A stretch of DNA of 64,000 nucleotides from a virus (IMGVR_UViG_3300042352_001190:13578-77577), one strand, 5' to 3'; shown: positions 20,711 through 29,969, counted from the first letter of the stretch. Numbers and translations are program-made. The notes: generated from the letters alone by a model not told the origin.

Positions 20711-20735
20711 TCTTTGACATGTTGGAAAGTATTTT
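20711..20735 (+). promoter_or_regulatory. conserved 25-nt motif immediately 5' of a tRNA (copy 1)
   Basis: tctttgacatgttggaaagtatttt matches 23066..23090 at 21 of 25 positions. It contains a TTGACA-like hexamer. Confidence 0.4.
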
Positions 20736-20808
20736 GGACAGGTAGCTCAGTAGGTAGAGCACAGGACTGAAAATCCTGGTGTCGGCGGTTCGATCCCGCC
20801 CCTGTCCA
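20736..20808 (+). tRNA. tRNA-Phe (GAA)
   Basis: Acceptor ggacagg/cctgtcc. Anticodon arm caggaCTGAAAAtcctg. T-loop ttcgatc. Confidence 0.8.
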
Positions 20809-20884
20809 CGGAGTCCCGAATTAACGGGGTACCCCCACTCCCATATGGCAGCCAGTCCGTTAAGCTGGTGAAGTGGGGTTTTAT

Positions 20885-20959
20885 GGTAGTTATAGTGTTA
20901 ATGGTTAGCACGTCAGATTGTGGTTCTGCTAGTATGGGTTCGAATCCCATTAATTACCC
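20885..20959 (+). tRNA. tRNA-His (GTG)
   Basis: Acceptor ggtagtt/aattacc. Anticodon loop ttGTGgt. T-arm atggg ttcgaat cccat. The anticodon stem has one mismatch. Confidence 0.65.
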
Positions 20960-20963
20960 CATC

Positions 20964-21048
20964 GGAAGTTTGTCAGAGTGGTCTATTGTGCAGCTTTGCT
21001 AAAGCTGTGGATGTCAAAGTCCCGAAGGTTCGAATCCTTCAGCTTCCG
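20964..21048 (+). tRNA. tRNA-Ser (GCT)
   Basis: Acceptor ggaagtt/agcttcc. Anticodon arm cagct ttGCTaa agctg. Long variable arm. T-arm gaagg ttcgaat ccttc. Confidence 0.8.
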
Positions 21049-21069
21049 CTAATTAAAAAATAAAATGAT

Positions 21070-21498
21070 ATGGAAAATATCGATAAGGAGTTTATAAAAC
21101 TCAAAATACAGAAACAGTTAGAACACGAACGGGAAGAACGTGTTAAAAGAATTAAGGAATATTGGGAAACTGAAACTACTCCATTTAAGGAGCCACACGA
21201 AGTTCCAACTATTCCAAGAGCAGAACCAGAAGAATATAAAAACTTCTATGTTCCTAAACTTATACAAAGAGGAGCGATTCCAAAACGCGACCTGATCCAT
21301 GGTCAAGTTTATATTGGCGACACTCGTAATGCCACCACAGCTAAATGGAATGCTGAGAAGCAGGAATTTGAATATTGGAGATATAAGTTCGGTAACACTT
21401 ATATTGATACCTGCAATCATTTTGAAGATGATAATGGTTTCGCCCTCTTTGTTCCTATTAGATTAGGCGAAGAAAAAGATTGGAAAAAAGTTGATTAA
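21070..21498 (+). CDS. hypothetical protein embedded in the tRNA island
   Basis: ORF track; fills the gap between tRNA-Ser and tRNA-Ile. Confidence 0.5.
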   Translation: MENIDKEFIKLKIQKQLEHEREERVKRIKEYWETETTPFKEPHEVPTIPRAEPEEYKNFYVPKLIQRGAIPKRDLIHGQVYIGDTRNATTAKWNAEKQEFEYWRYKFGNTYIDTCNHFEDDNGFALFVPIRLGEEKDWKKVD

Positions 21499-21545
21499 AA
21501 ATTTTTTAGTGTCAAATATTTGTTTTATATTTGCTCTAATTCAAT

Positions 21546-21619
21546 CGAACTGTAGCTCAGTTGGTTAGAGCACTCGCCTGATACGCGAGTGGTCGATGGT
21601 TCGAGTCCATCCAGTTCGA
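21546..21619 (+). tRNA. tRNA-Ile (GAT)
   Basis: Acceptor cgaactg/cagttcg. D-arm tagctcagttggttagagc. Anticodon arm ctcgc ctGATac gcgag. Confidence 0.8.
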
Positions 21620-21624
21620 CTCAT

Positions 21625-21696
21625 AGTTTCTTAGTTCAATGGATAGAACACTTGACTACGGATCAAGAGATAAGGGTTCGAGTCCTTTAGAAACTA
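21625..21696 (+). tRNA. tRNA-Arg (ACG)
   Basis: Acceptor agtttct/agaaact. Anticodon arm cttga ctACGga tcaag. Confidence 0.8.
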
Positions 21697-21702
21697 CCAT
21701 AA

Positions 21703-21772
21703 GTACAGGATGATCGTGGTGGTCGGATGGTCTGCAAAACTATTGGTGTTGGTTCGATTCCAACCTTGTACT
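21703..21772 (+). tRNA. tRNA-Cys (GCA)
   Basis: Acceptor gtacagg/cttgtac. Anticodon arm atggt ctGCAaa actat. T-arm gttgg ttcgatt ccaac. Confidence 0.7.
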
Positions 21773-21780
21773 CAACATAC

Positions 21781-21851
21781 ACGTCTGTGGTGAAATGGTA
21801 TCATGTCGGTCTCCAAAACCGCTGTTAGAGGTTCGAATCCTTTCAGGCGTG
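21781..21851 (+). tRNA. tRNA-Trp (CCA)
   Basis: Acceptor acgtctg/caggcgt. Anticodon loop ctCCAaa. T-loop ttcgaat. Confidence 0.7.
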
Positions 21852-21856
21852 CAAAA

Positions 21857-21928
21857 GTCTCAGTAGCTCAGTGGTAGAGCAGTTGACTGTTAATCAACTG
21901 GTCGTAGGTTCGAATCCTGCCTGGGACG
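21857..21928 (+). tRNA. tRNA-Asn (GTT)
   Basis: Acceptor gtctcag/ctgggac. Anticodon arm gttga ctGTTaa tcaac. Confidence 0.8.
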
Positions 21929-21935
21929 CCAATAT

Positions 21936-22010
21936 TGCGGGATGCGTAGAAAGTGGCTATCTCGTCAGTCTCATAAGCTGAAGTTCTGGGTTCGAGTCCC
22001 AGTCCCGCAA
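21936..22010 (+). tRNA. tRNA-Met (CAT), elongator type
   Basis: Acceptor tgcggga/tcccgca. Anticodon arm tcagt ctCATaa gctga. T-arm ctggg ttcgagt cccag. Confidence 0.7.
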
Positions 22011-22014
22011 CCAT

Positions 22015-22090
22015 GATCTCGTAGCTCAGTTGGTAGAGCACCTCACTTTTAATGAGGGAGTCGCAAGTTCGAGTCTTGCCGGGATCACAT
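22015..22090 (+). tRNA. tRNA-Lys (TTT)
   Basis: Acceptor gatctcg/cgggatc. Anticodon arm cctca ctTTTaa tgagg. Confidence 0.8.
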
Positions 22091-22191
22091 ATGCTTCATA
22101 CACAATTCTGCAATCTCTCAGTTAAAAGCTGTTGCAGACGTAAATGAATAATCCAATATGGTTATTAGTTGTGAACAATATGAAGCGCCAT

Positions 22192-22266
22192 GCTTTCTTA
22201 GCTCAGTTGGTTCAGAGCATCTGCCTTACAAGCAGAGGGTCACTGGTTCGAATCCAGTAGAAAGCA
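22192..22266 (+). tRNA. tRNA-Val (TAC)
   Basis: Acceptor gctttct/agaaagc. Anticodon arm tctgc ctTACaa gcaga. Confidence 0.8.
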
Positions 22267-22268
22267 CA

Positions 22269-22293
22269 TAGTATAATTAAATTAGTATAATAA
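22269..22293 (+). promoter_or_regulatory. tandem TTAGTATAAT-type promoter-like motifs upstream of clpP
   Basis: tagtataatt followed by ttagtataataa; the ATG is at 22298. Confidence 0.45.
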
Positions 22294-22297
22294 CTGT

Positions 22298-22969
22298 ATG
22301 AGAAACGAATTTGAAAAATACGCAATGAGTAATCATGGAATTTCTTCACTGAACATGCATTACCATAAAAAGCAGATTGAGTCATCAATGACTCCTTATA
22401 TTTTGGAAGAGCGCGAACTACGTGCAACTCAAATGGATATTTTTTCCAGATTAATGATGGAAAGATTAATTTGGGTAGCCGGTCCAGTCAACGATCATAT
22501 GTCAACGATTGTTCAAGCTCAACTAATGTTTTTGGACTCAGTTGATGGATTAGATATTACAATGCATATTGATAGCCCAGGCGGAAGCGTCAAGAGTGGT
22601 CTTTCAATGGTTGACGTAATGGATTATATTAACTGTGATATCCGAACAGTTAATACTGGAATGGCAGCATCAATGGGATCAGTGCTATTAGGAGCAGGAA
22701 CTAAAGGAAAACGTAGTTCACTAAAGCACTCAACTACAATGTTGCATCAAAGTTCAGGTGGTTTTAGCGGAAATATTCAAGATGCTGAAATCGATTGGAA
22801 AGAGTGGCAAAAAGTAAATGACGAGCTATTTGTTTTACTAGGTGGATATTGTGATAAAGACCCAGAACAGGTAAAAGCAGATGCAACTCGAGACTTTTGG
22901 TTAAATGCTGAAGAAGCAAAGGCATATGGAATTATCGATGAGGTAATTTCTAAAAAGCCTAGAAAATAG
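22298..22969 (+). CDS. clpP: ATP-dependent Clp protease proteolytic subunit
   Basis: DIFSRLMMERLIWVAGPVNDHMSTIVQAQLMFL, IDSPGG and GMAASMGSVLL (active-site Ser) align with ClpP, followed by conserved His and Asp blocks. The true start may be an internal Met at 22391. Confidence 0.85.
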   Translation: MRNEFEKYAMSNHGISSLNMHYHKKQIESSMTPYILEERELRATQMDIFSRLMMERLIWVAGPVNDHMSTIVQAQLMFLDSVDGLDITMHIDSPGGSVKSGLSMVDVMDYINCDIRTVNTGMAASMGSVLLGAGTKGKRSSLKHSTTMLHQSSGGFSGNIQDAEIDWKEWQKVNDELFVLLGGYCDKDPEQVKADATRDFWLNAEEAKAYGIIDEVISKKPRK

Positions 22970-22975
22970 AATAAT

Positions 22976-23057
22976 GCCTGTATCGCATAGCGGCAATTGC
23001 GGCTGACTGTAAATCAGCTCCCTTACGGGTTCGGTGGTTCGAGTCCATCTGCAGGCA
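22976..23057 (+). tRNA. tRNA-Tyr (GTA)
   Basis: Acceptor gcctgta/tgcaggc. Anticodon arm gctga ctGTAaa tcagc. Long variable arm, as in bacterial Tyr. Confidence 0.8.
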
Positions 23058-23065
23058 CAAATTGG

Positions 23066-23090
23066 TCTTTGACGTATTGGAAAGTATACT
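23066..23090 (+). promoter_or_regulatory. conserved 25-nt motif immediately 5' of a tRNA (copy 2)
   Basis: tctttgacgtattggaaagtatact; see 20711..20735. Confidence 0.4.
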
Positions 23091-23161
23091 GTCCTGTGGT
23101 GTAACGGCAGCACATCTGGTTTTGGTCCAGAGAATCGAGGTTCGAATCCTTGCGGGACAAC
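23090..23161 (+). tRNA. tRNA-Gln (TTG)
   Basis: Anticodon arm tctgg ttTTGgt ccaga. T-arm cgagg ttcgaat ccttg. Acceptor tgtcctg/cgggaca with wobbles. Confidence 0.75.
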
Positions 23162-23278
23162 AAAGGGGCTAGTGGAAGCCCAAGAGTAGGCGATGAGTCT
23201 ATATCCACAATGGTGAAGAGCACCCTTAATTTATAGGTGGTTACTATAAATCGAGTAGACGTCATACTTCACACATTT

Positions 23279-23351
23279 GCCTCCTTAGCTCAGCTGGTAG
23301 AGCAACTGATTTGTAATCAGTAGGTCGTTGGTTCGATTCCGACAGGAGGCT
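23279..23351 (+). tRNA. tRNA-Thr (TGT)
   Basis: Acceptor gcctcct/aggaggc. Anticodon arm actga ttTGTaa tcagt. Confidence 0.8.
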
Positions 23352-23373
23352 CAATGCAATTATTTGCTATTCT

Positions 23374-23386
23374 ATAGTATAATAAT
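23374..23386 (+). promoter_or_regulatory. TTAGTATAATA-type promoter-like motif
   Basis: tatagtataataa lies just upstream of tRNA-Ala. Confidence 0.4.
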
Positions 23387-23396
23387 TATATTAAAT

Positions 23397-23470
23397 GGGG
23401 ATGTAGCTCAGTTGGCTAGAGCATCTGCCTTGCACGCAGAGGGTCGCAGGTTCGATTCCTGTCATCTCCA
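23397..23470 (+). tRNA. tRNA-Ala (TGC)
   Basis: Acceptor ggggatg/catctcc carries the G3:U70 Ala identity pair. Anticodon arm tctgc ctTGCac gcaga. Confidence 0.85.
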
Positions 23471-23664
23471 CTACAAATCTTACATAAGACGGATTAGCAC
23501 CGTTGAAAGAGACCTTGGCTTTGTGGGAGTAGCTACCCAATAAAGTATACATGACCCAAGGTATTATGTGATGGACCCTGCTCTTTGGTGCACTCAAAAC
23601 AGGTGAACAGTAAACTATGTTCAATCAAATCCACAAGCATGGTGAGCATGCAAGATTTGTCCTT

Positions 23665-23736
23665 GGCCCGTTAGTCTATCGGTTAGGACACGCCCCTTTC
23701 ACGGGTGAGAGACGAGTTCGATTCTCGTACGGGCTA
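23665..23736 (+). tRNA. tRNA-Glu (TTC)
   Basis: gtctatcggttaggacacgcccctTTCacgggtg closely resembles E. coli tRNA-Glu. T-arm acgag ttcgatt ctcgt. Confidence 0.8.
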
Positions 23737-23883
23737 CAAAGATAATGGTCTCTCCAATCAATGTGATGTCGACAATCACGATTGGATCAAGAGTTCAGCA
23801 CCCTCAGCCTGGGCCCAGAGAAAACTCTGATGAAGCTGTTAAGAATGGAGCGAGATGGGTACTCCATCATTATCTTTACTTAC

Positions 23884-23957
23884 GGACCGGTAGTTCAGCT
23901 GGTTAGAATGCCGCCCTGTCACGGCGGAGGTCGCGGGTTCGAGTCCCGTCCGGTCCG
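23884..23957 (+). tRNA. tRNA-Asp (GTC)
   Basis: Acceptor ggaccgg/ccggtcc. Anticodon arm ccgcc ctGTCac ggcgg. Confidence 0.85.
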
Positions 23958-23961
23958 CAAA

Positions 23962-24064
23962 TAGTTAGGAGTCCATTGGTTGGAGGCACCTCCCCAAGGT
24001 TGAGTAACAGTTAGGCTGACTCTTTATGGCAAAGCTGGAATAGGTTCGAATCCTGTCCTAACTA
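23962..24064 (+). ncRNA. atypical ~100-nt tRNA-like element (8-bp acceptor plus canonical T-arm, no canonical anticodon arm)
   Basis: 5' tagttagg pairs with 3' cctaacta. T-arm atagg ttcgaat cctgt. No 5-bp/7-nt anticodon arm is found by manual scan. agttagg is repeated internally at 24010. Confidence 0.35.
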
Positions 24065-24071
24065 CAAATAA

Positions 24072-24144
24072 GCGGATGTCGTATAATGGCTTATTACTCC
24101 AGCCTTCCAAGCTGGAGATGAGAGTTCGATTCTCTCCATCCGCT
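24072..24144 (+). tRNA. tRNA-Gly (TCC)
   Basis: Acceptor gcggatg/catccgc. Anticodon arm ccagc ctTCCaa gctgg. T-arm gagag ttcgatt ctctc. Confidence 0.85.
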
Positions 24145-24197
24145 CAAATTTTTTAGACATATTAAAAACTATTATTAACTAAGTAATACAATAAAAC

Positions 24198-24626
24198 ATG
24201 AATATCACAAAAGCACTTAAACAGAAAAACAAATTAGTTTCAAAAACTAATGAGCACATTTCGCATGTTTCAGCGTATAACTCTATTCAAGAAGGAACTA
24301 CACGTCCTTATGATGCAAGAGAAGCGTTGGAAAAAGCAATGGCATCGGTTGATGAATTAGTTGCATTAAAAACAGCTATTCACAAAGCTAATGCAAAGGT
24401 TTATGATAAAATCTTTAAGTTGGCTGAACTAAAATCTTTGGTTTCTAAATTGAAAGGTTTAGATTGCAAAGAGGGAACGCACCAATCATATCGAATGGAT
24501 GCTCCAGTAAAATACACTGCGCAAATCTCAATTGTTGAGAAAGACCAGTGGATCGAAAAATTGGAGTCTCAAATCGAGATGTTGCAAGAGGAGCTAGAAG
24601 CTCACAATGCAAAAACCAAAATTTAA
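24198..24626 (+). CDS. hypothetical coiled-coil protein
   Basis: ORF track; heptad-like C-terminus LESQIEMLQEELEAHNAK. Confidence 0.5.
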   Translation: MNITKALKQKNKLVSKTNEHISHVSAYNSIQEGTTRPYDAREALEKAMASVDELVALKTAIHKANAKVYDKIFKLAELKSLVSKLKGLDCKEGTHQSYRMDAPVKYTAQISIVEKDQWIEKLESQIEMLQEELEAHNAKTKI

Positions 24627-24866
24627 AATATAGGGGAGAGAAAAGAGTGAAGGAGGATTAGTAGCACCGAATAGCTGCAAGCTATTTCTTACATATTCTG
24701 CTATCCAATCGATGTTAAGACGAGGACTCTGGATTCAAAGTTCAAGATTTAAGAAATTCAAAAATGGGCGAGTCAAAACACAACAATCTTTCAGCGAAAT
24801 TTTTTTCGGATCTCTTTTCAAACCCTTAAATTTTTTTTTTACTTTTATTAAACCAAAATTGAAAAA

Positions 24867-24881
24867 GTTAGGTATAATAAA
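24867..24881 (+). promoter_or_regulatory. TTAGGTATAATAA promoter-like motif inside the ORF-free region
   Basis: gttaggtataataaa; the nearest downstream features are the structured region and tRNA-fMet. Confidence 0.4.
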
Positions 24882-25817
24882 TAAGTAAACACAAAACAAG
24901 TTCTTTGAATCTTATTGATATATGTAGCCTAGCTTGCTAGGTTGCAAAACGGTCGCCTATGATCGTCAAATAAATCTGGAAACAGATATAAAGTGGAGCT
25001 ATATGACTTATCAGCTCTGCGGTTTCGCAAGGAACTCGAGTAGGCAAGCAGGATATCAGAAGTCCTGAGTATCTGAGGGTAACACTGTAGGAGAAATGGA
25101 ATGCTGACTAAGCGATGTGGGTCGTTTAGTTGAGAGGGGAACCTCAATAAGATTAACCTGTAGGATATTTGCAAGGAGTGGAATCATCCGACTCCATGAT
25201 TGCGAACTCCAATTTAATGGGAGCCTTAAAGTCGAAAGACAAGTTGGTGTACAGGTGGTGCTGTTACTAACCTTATCATCAGTCTACCAAGACTGCAGTT
25301 AAGAGGAATCCAGAAAAATTGAGGTAGGGATATCTCAGAGAGTAGTTAAGTATCGACCCTGACAAAATCGGGGCTGGCCTAGTGACGAGCCACTACTTTC
25401 ATAATCCACAGAGTCAATAAACTTTGGAAATAAAAAGTTCTTTTGGTGAATAACTAAAATCCATTTTAAAGCAAAGCTTAAGCGCTCGTCAGCTGCGAAC
25501 GAAAGGTGCCTACCTAGTAACTGGTTGTCAGTTGCCGTAAAGGATCGCAAGTCCAATACGAGTTCTCAGAAAAATCTATAGCCTCGCAAGGGTTAACGGG
25601 ATCGGCAGGTTCTGGTAGATATAATATGAGGAGAGTAGTTCAAACCCGCAGCTCAAGGAGTGGTACACCTAAAAAACCGGCACTGTTAGAGTAGAGATCA
25701 AAAGTCTCTGGATAAGTAGGGAAACAATAATCCTATGTAAAGATCTAACGTTAAAACGTATAATCTCAGCGTTTTTCTTTTTTACTTTCCAACAATCACA
25801 TACTGAAAATATTATAG
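24882..25817 (+). ncRNA. candidate large structured non-coding RNA (function unknown)
   Basis: About 1 kb with no ORF above 85 codons on either strand. GC is visibly higher than in flanking coding DNA. Many local hairpins, e.g. cctagc ttgc tagg. It is bounded by a promoter motif and by tRNA-fMet plus a terminator. Confidence 0.35.
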
Positions 25818-25892
<75 letters not shown>

Positions 25893-25895
25893 AAA

Positions 25896-25924
25896 AGAAA
25901 AAGCCGCGAATGCGGCTTTTGTTA
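25896..25924. terminator. bidirectional rho-independent terminator
   Basis: aaaaagccgcgaatgcggcttttt has A and T tracts on both sides. It sits between the + strand tRNA and the convergent minus-strand genes. Confidence 0.75.
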
Positions 25925-26128
25925 TTTACAGGCTTTTACGAAATCTTCATAATTAAGAATAATCTTTTCTCTCTTTAATTGCTTAACCATATTGGTTGCA
26001 ATTTCTTCTCGATTATCTTTATCTTTGACTTGTTTGATAATATCGACTATTCCATCGACCATATCTTTATCTTGTGGTTTAATATCCCTGATCTTCATAT
26101 TACGCAATAACTTTACTATTAATTTCAT
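25922..26128 (-). CDS. hypothetical small protein
   Basis: ORF track; downstream of the minus-strand glucosaminidase. Confidence 0.4.
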   Translation of the reverse strand: MKLIVKLLRNMKIRDIKPQDKDMVDGIVDIIKQVKDKDNREEIATNMVKQLKREKIILNYEDFVKACK

Positions 26129-26939
26129 CGATCAATTTCAATAAGCCCTCTTCATAAGCTTTACCACTTGCATAACGATTTCCATGAACATTAACGAATT
26201 CTCCAAGAACAAGATCATCAGCCGTACGTTTACCAGGTACAAGATACCTATCAGCTAATATGTTAAAGTAAGCAATAATACCACCCTTCCAAGTTCTTTT
26301 AGGATCGTCTCCAGCTAATGGCTTACCATTACTATCAAAACTTCTAGTTGAACCATCATCAGTATTACCAACATTAAATATATTTTTAGTATTAATTGGT
26401 TTATTCTTTTCTTTAGCAAAACCTCCTTCTAGAGTAGCTTGCGCCAAAACCAATTGAGGTGGAACATAAACACCACTTTTTCTATAGACTGCTTCAGCTG
26501 CTTCTGCAAAATCATCTCCAGTAATTGGATCATCTATTTTTGCAGCAAGTGGCTTTCTAATATCAATCCACTCTTGGCAGATTCTACCATATAGATCAAC
26601 ATTTTCTGGCTTATTTAAATCTAATGAAATAAAAATCTTGCTATTTGGATCAACTGTTTTAATATTTTCAGAATCTCCTAATTTAGTAGACAGTGCCTGA
26701 ATTTTTTCAGTATACGGTTTATCTTTAATTTCGTCTTTAGTAATTGGCTTAACTTCTTCCTTTTGTTTAGCTGCATCAGTTTCAGCAGCCTTTTTAGGTT
26801 CTTCTGCCTTTACCTCTGGTGTATCTTCTCCAGTAAAAGCATCTCCAACTTTACTTGAAAGATCTGAAAGTATAGTTAAGAATGATTGTGATTCATTGAC
26901 TCTTTTCCAAGAGTTAAAATCCTTAATGTTTAGTCCCAT
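26100..26939 (-). CDS. peptidoglycan hydrolase, N-acetylglucosaminidase (GH73/FlgJ-like)
   Basis: PPQLVLAQATLEGGFAKEKNKPINTKNIFNVGNTDDG matches the GH73 block LAQAALESGWG....NNLFG. The N-terminal half is Lys/Glu-rich. Confidence 0.6.
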   Translation of the reverse strand: MGLNIKDFNSWKRVNESQSFLTILSDLSSKVGDAFTGEDTPEVKAEEPKKAAETDAAKQKEEVKPITKDEIKDKPYTEKIQALSTKLGDSENIKTVDPNSKIFISLDLNKPENVDLYGRICQEWIDIRKPLAAKIDDPITGDDFAEAAEAVYRKSGVYVPPQLVLAQATLEGGFAKEKNKPINTKNIFNVGNTDDGSTRSFDSNGKPLAGDDPKRTWKGGIIAYFNILADRYLVPGKRTADDLVLGEFVNVHGNRYASGKAYEEGLLKLIDEINSKVIA

Positions 26940-26996
26940 TAATAATTGAATTATTTCTATAAATATTTATCTGCGACAGATAACCCAGTTAACAAT

Positions 26997-27010
26997 CTTA
27001 GTATAATAAC
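26997..27010 (+). promoter_or_regulatory. TTAGTATAATAA promoter-like motif
   Basis: cttagtataataac lies upstream of tRNA-Leu. Confidence 0.45.
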
Positions 27011-27018
27011 TTAGTTAT

Positions 27019-27107
27019 GCCGACGTGATGAAATTGGTAGACATGAGAGACTTAAAATCTCTTGGGCCGTAATGCCCGTGCCGGTTCGACTCCGGCCGTC
27101 GGTACCA
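27019..27107 (+). tRNA. tRNA-Leu (TAA), CCA encoded
   Basis: Acceptor gccgacg/cgtcggt. D-loop has ggtagac. Anticodon arm agaga ctTAAaa tctct. Long variable arm. T-arm gccgg ttcgact ccggc. Confidence 0.85.
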
Positions 27108-27124
27108 AAAATAACCTCAACTAA

Positions 27125-27412
27125 ATGTCAGAGGATCTTACTAGAGAAGAGCGAGGAAAACTCCTTGCTGAAATGATGAAATTGGATCAAGAGGCTGGTT
27201 TATATGATGAGCCGTTTGATAATCCACTAATCAAAGAAAAATTAAAAGACTCAAACTATTACAAATTTGCTGGTATTGCGCCAGACGGCTTTGTCCTAGT
27301 TCCGACTGAAGTTATTGATATGTTAGATGACTTTGAAGAATGGAAGGATTTTAAATATAGAAAACTTGAATGGATTGAAGAAAAATCTAAACAGGTTTTA
27401 AGAGTAAAATAA
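27125..27412 (+). CDS. hypothetical acidic protein
   Basis: ORF track. Confidence 0.45.
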   Translation: MSEDLTREERGKLLAEMMKLDQEAGLYDEPFDNPLIKEKLKDSNYYKFAGIAPDGFVLVPTEVIDMLDDFEEWKDFKYRKLEWIEEKSKQVLRVK

Positions 27413-27423
27413 AATAAAAAGAA

Positions 27424-27696
27424 ATGGTAAACGTACTTTATTTTTCAGCACCATGGTGTGGACCTTGTAGAACATTTGGACCAGTTATGGAAAAGGTTGC
27501 TGAACACTTTAATGAAAATGATTTAGTTGAAATTACTAAAGTAAATGCAGATGAAGATCCTGATACTGCTGCTCTGCATGGTATTAGATCAATTCCTGCG
27601 CTAGTCTATTTAAAAGATAGCGAAACTGTGCATCAAACAGTTGGTGTAAAAGCACAAGCTGATATTATTGAAAAAATTAATGAGCTGTTAGCTTAA
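27424..27696 (+). CDS. trx: thioredoxin
   Basis: APWCGPCR active-site motif in a ~90-aa thioredoxin-fold protein. Confidence 0.8.
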   Translation: MVNVLYFSAPWCGPCRTFGPVMEKVAEHFNENDLVEITKVNADEDPDTAALHGIRSIPALVYLKDSETVHQTVGVKAQADIIEKINELLA

Positions 27697-27703
27697 TTAG
27701 TAT

Positions 27704-28747
27704 ATGAGTGAACCTATATTAGGAGTACATGCATTCTATGCAACTGATGTCGATGAGGGTATGTTTAAATCAGTTGAACTATTGTGTCAACTAACGTCGG
27801 CTCTCTATTGGAGAAAAAACTTTGGGCCAATAGGATTATACATTAGCCCAGAAAGAGAAGCTCAACTATTCCACTATGGTCTACATAATGCCTATTCCTT
27901 TGTTGATACAATTCATCATGAACAAGTATTAATGAATGGTAGCCCTAGATTTTGGGCCTATCCTAAAATGATGATTGCAAAACACGTTTCGCTTGACTTT
28001 AACAGATTTTGCATGATTGATACGGATCTCTATATTAAGTCTAGAGATTTTTTTAATACTGATGCAAAGATCCTAACTTTTCATGGTGAAATAACAAATT
28101 CTACCAAATATCCAGATGTGGGATATGTAGATGGACCAGACCTATACAAAATTGCAGAATTGGAAAGTCCAGTTGATAAGTGGTCACCTAGAGCAGTTAA
28201 CACTGCAATTCTCTATTGTAATGGAGCTAGCGAATTTATTCATGAGTGGATGTATCATGTTGATCAAATTGTAGAAAACAGCTATAAGTGGGAACCTATT
28301 ATTGGAGCAGGCGATCAAATTTTTGTAGAACAATATTTGTTAGCGAATTTAGCTGAGGCTAGAGGAATCGATATTGAAACTTACCTTAAATCTGATTGGA
28401 TTCCTGGTGCAAAAATTAATGTTACGCATCTTGATCCAGAAATGGAGGCATGGATTCACAATGAACCGATTGAACTAGCTAAACAAAAATTTGATAATGT
28501 CTTACATATTTGGGGTCTAAAACATAATTTAAATTATGCAGTAGTTAGACTTCAAATTTTAGGTAGAATTCTAGAAGATTTAGATCGAGATTTTCCAGGC
28601 ATTGATCAGTCATATCCAATTCTATTAGCAGAGGCTAGAGAATTGTATAAAGACCAACGCGACCATTACTTAGGTATATTATCTAAAGATAAACCTAAAC
28701 AAAGAAAAAATGGAAAATCAAAAAAACTTCGCCCAACAACTAGTTGA
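27704..28747 (+). CDS. hypothetical protein with a DxD motif
   Basis: CMIDTDLYI could be a GT-A DxD, but no other support was seen. Confidence 0.45.
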   Translation: MSEPILGVHAFYATDVDEGMFKSVELLCQLTSALYWRKNFGPIGLYISPEREAQLFHYGLHNAYSFVDTIHHEQVLMNGSPRFWAYPKMMIAKHVSLDFNRFCMIDTDLYIKSRDFFNTDAKILTFHGEITNSTKYPDVGYVDGPDLYKIAELESPVDKWSPRAVNTAILYCNGASEFIHEWMYHVDQIVENSYKWEPIIGAGDQIFVEQYLLANLAEARGIDIETYLKSDWIPGAKINVTHLDPEMEAWIHNEPIELAKQKFDNVLHIWGLKHNLNYAVVRLQILGRILEDLDRDFPGIDQSYPILLAEARELYKDQRDHYLGILSKDKPKQRKNGKSKKLRPTTS

Positions 28748-29039
28748 GAAAGCAACATCTCTTCTTAAGAGAATTGGAACAGTTGCAGTTTTAGCCAGTG
28801 CACTAATCGCAGGATTCTGTATTGGTTATTATTATGAACTAGCCTTAAACAAAGTCAAAGGAGAAGCTTGGAGAGAGGCTAAAACTCTTAAAAGTACGTC
28901 GATTGCCGTGAATGAAAAGGAAGAGCTATTGCTTATCGATAGAAAGACTGGGGTTTATACAATCTATTCTGATTCAATTGGACGTGTTATTTTTAACATA
29001 TATGCTCAAAAGGCATATGTAAATGCAACTGGCCACTAA
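28710..29039 (+). CDS. single-TM membrane protein
   Basis: VAVLASALIAGFCIGYYY. Confidence 0.4.
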   Translation: MENQKNFAQQLVEKATSLLKRIGTVAVLASALIAGFCIGYYYELALNKVKGEAWREAKTLKSTSIAVNEKEELLLIDRKTGVYTIYSDSIGRVIFNIYAQKAYVNATGH

Positions 29040-29048
29040 AACTAAAGT

Positions 29049-29549
29049 ATGGGAGTAAGATCATTTAAGACTCTCATTGTATTGGCTGGAATCTTGGCAT
29101 TCGGTTTCCTTTGGAGACTATTACACACTGAAAAACCTAAAGAGCTAAACAGCGGAACAATCGATGAGAAGTCACCGCCAAGTTTAGCTCTTTATTATTA
29201 TTTAGAAAAGTATTCTGAAGAATATGGTGTGCCATTCCACATTGCAATAGGAGTAGCTCGAGAAGAAACAGGTTATAAGGGACCATTTCATTGGAAATAC
29301 AATCCTAAACTAACCTCATCTGCGGCAGCATATGGTGCAATGCAGATTCAGGTCCCAACCGCAAATTTTATTTGGGATAAACCTGTGACTAAGAAACAAT
29401 TACTAAACAATCTTGAACTAAATGTTCAAATTTCAATGAAACTTTTAGCATATTTGTATAAAAGATATGATAACTGGGCGGTTGCATTGGGTTGTTATAA
29501 TACAGGAAGGCCCCTAGTTAATGATTATGCAAGACGCATAGTTAAATAA
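29049..29549 (+). CDS. membrane-anchored lytic transglycosylase (SLT domain)
   Basis: N-terminal TM. EETGY ... SSAAAYGAMQIQVPTA matches the SLT ES...AGA.GLMQ motif. Confidence 0.65.
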   Translation: MGVRSFKTLIVLAGILAFGFLWRLLHTEKPKELNSGTIDEKSPPSLALYYYLEKYSEEYGVPFHIAIGVAREETGYKGPFHWKYNPKLTSSAAAYGAMQIQVPTANFIWDKPVTKKQLLNNLELNVQISMKLLAYLYKRYDNWAVALGCYNTGRPLVNDYARRIVK

Positions 29550-29695
29550 ACTAAAAGCCACATGGAAAACTGGGATCCAAATGACCATCAAGGTCGTAGT
29601 AAAGAGCAAGTTGAAGCAAATGAAAAAATCGCTACTGTTGCAGTTGCAGCTTTACTATTACTGATAATTGGTTTTACTATTAAAATACTATTCTA

Positions 29696-29935
29696 ATGAA
29701 AGAAACAGCTAAAGCAAAATTGCACTCGTTCCTAAACATCATATTTTATGTGATGGTTACTGTAAATTTCATTGTTCCTATTTCTCTGCTTGCACTTTGT
29801 ACAATCGCATTAGGACACCTAGAAAATCAACACTGGTCTATTAATTGGGCAGTTAGAGTTTCACTATGTCTTGCTATTGTAGAAACCTGTGCACAGATAA
29901 TTAGAACTGTGAAACTTTTCAGGAATAAGAAGTAA
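29696..29935 (+). CDS. small two-TM membrane protein
   Basis: Hydrophobic segments IIFYVMVTVNFIVPISLLALCTIALG and VSLCLAIVETCAQI. Confidence 0.35.
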   Translation: MKETAKAKLHSFLNIIFYVMVTVNFIVPISLLALCTIALGHLENQHWSINWAVRVSLCLAIVETCAQIIRTVKLFRNKK

Positions 29936-29957
29936 ATAATACTGAAGAAGAGAGAAT

Positions 29958-29969
29958 TAGAGCCTCTCC
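29958..29969. repeat. left arm of a 12-bp perfect inverted repeat flanking gene 30044..30835
   Basis: ttagagcctctc is the reverse complement of gagaggctctaa at 30847..30858. Confidence 0.5.
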